The position numbers and the translations under genes were made by a program. Shown one piece after another: positions 63,186-64,000 of a stretch of DNA of 64,000 nt. Where the stretch lies: contig NC_092678.1 of assembly GCF_964355755.1 (NCBI RefSeq), forward strand, positions 3,736,422-3,800,421, read 5' to 3'. The DNA comes from Antedon mediterranea (taxonomy: Eukaryota > Animalia > Echinodermata). Numbering within the stretch: position 1 is the first letter of the stretch; the number at the start of each line of letters is the position of its first letter. The notes under the pieces are model-generated. The model searched no databases, was not told the DNA's origin, and saw nothing but the letters and a program-made list of their open reading frames with translations.

Positions 63186-64000
63186 AACTCATGTGACCAT
63201 TCACAGATCCCGCACGACTCTTCCCGGCAAAATATCCCAATTACTTTTCGCATTTTGAACACATGGTGTATGATGTAAGAGTTTTTAGACTTATCTGAAG
63301 CTATTAACCTAATTAGGCAAAGCAACATCTTTACCAGGACTTATAGTATCACTTAAGTACGTCTGTAAACTTAAGATATTCTGACCAATTATGTAACAAC
63401 TTGAAACTTTGCCAAATTTTTCTAAAAATACAAATTATGAATGAAAGATCAATTGTTTTTAACACGTTTACCTTGACCTTTCAATAAGGTGTTTCAATCG
63501 TTTTTTTAATTAGTTTTTTAATAGAATTTGGGAAATGTTATTATTTTTTTGTTTTTGGGATTATATTTTTTTATTCATTTCCACGGATTTCAGATTTTTT
63601 ACTTGTGGACAACTATTACAAAACTAATTAATAAAGCATTTAGAAGATGGTATTGTCAAATAATTTGTTTCCTTGTTTTTTGGGTTATTTTTTTTATTCA
63701 TTTTAAATTCCTAAGTCTACGTCAATATGTGCAAAACAAACCATGGAACAAAGGCTAGAAATTATACTTATAAAGCTAGACATACTTATAAGGCTAGAAA
63801 TTTGAAAACTGCAGGCATATAATATTTTATTTTAAAGTAAAGAAAAACTATCAATGTATTATCAATTTCTTAATATAAACAATATAATACTACTATGGAA
63901 TAGAAACAATGATTTAATTTTGTAACTAATCACCGCACAGAATTCTTGAAACCTCTTCACAATTGAAGATAAGCGTCTAGGCACATTATTAAAAAATGAG

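Overview
AT-rich eukaryotic (invertebrate animal) genomic DNA. The echinoderm-type TIMP C-terminal domains and low GC suggest an echinoderm, possibly a crinoid, but this is inference only. The window holds a tandem cluster of four intact, co-oriented (+ strand) TIMP (tissue inhibitor of metalloproteinases) genes, called A-D here. Each has four coding exons with intron phases 1,1,0, assembled by hand from GT-AG sites: A 214-1795 (255 aa), B 28496-33988 (359 aa), C 44137-47805 (229 aa), D 55930-60562 (257 aa). The paralogs differ most at the protease-contact surfaces. The AB loops are enlarged and unrelated in composition (41, 161, 29 and 63 aa). TIMP-C lacks the Cys-X-Cys N-terminus. The C-terminal disulfide sets are non-canonical. 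Non-coding highlights are a tandem pair of minimal type I hammerhead ribozymes 213 nt apart (Penelope/retrozyme-like, minus strand, in TIMP-B intron 1), a further hammerhead in TIMP-D intron 1, and a strong minus-strand AG|GTAAG recursive-splice-like site. That site hints that the cluster lies inside a very large antisense host intron (classically synapsin; no synapsin exon was seen). The rest is MITEs, a hAT-like element with an 8-bp TSD, LINE/SINE fragments and tandem repeats. Most ORFs in the supplied track are spurious.
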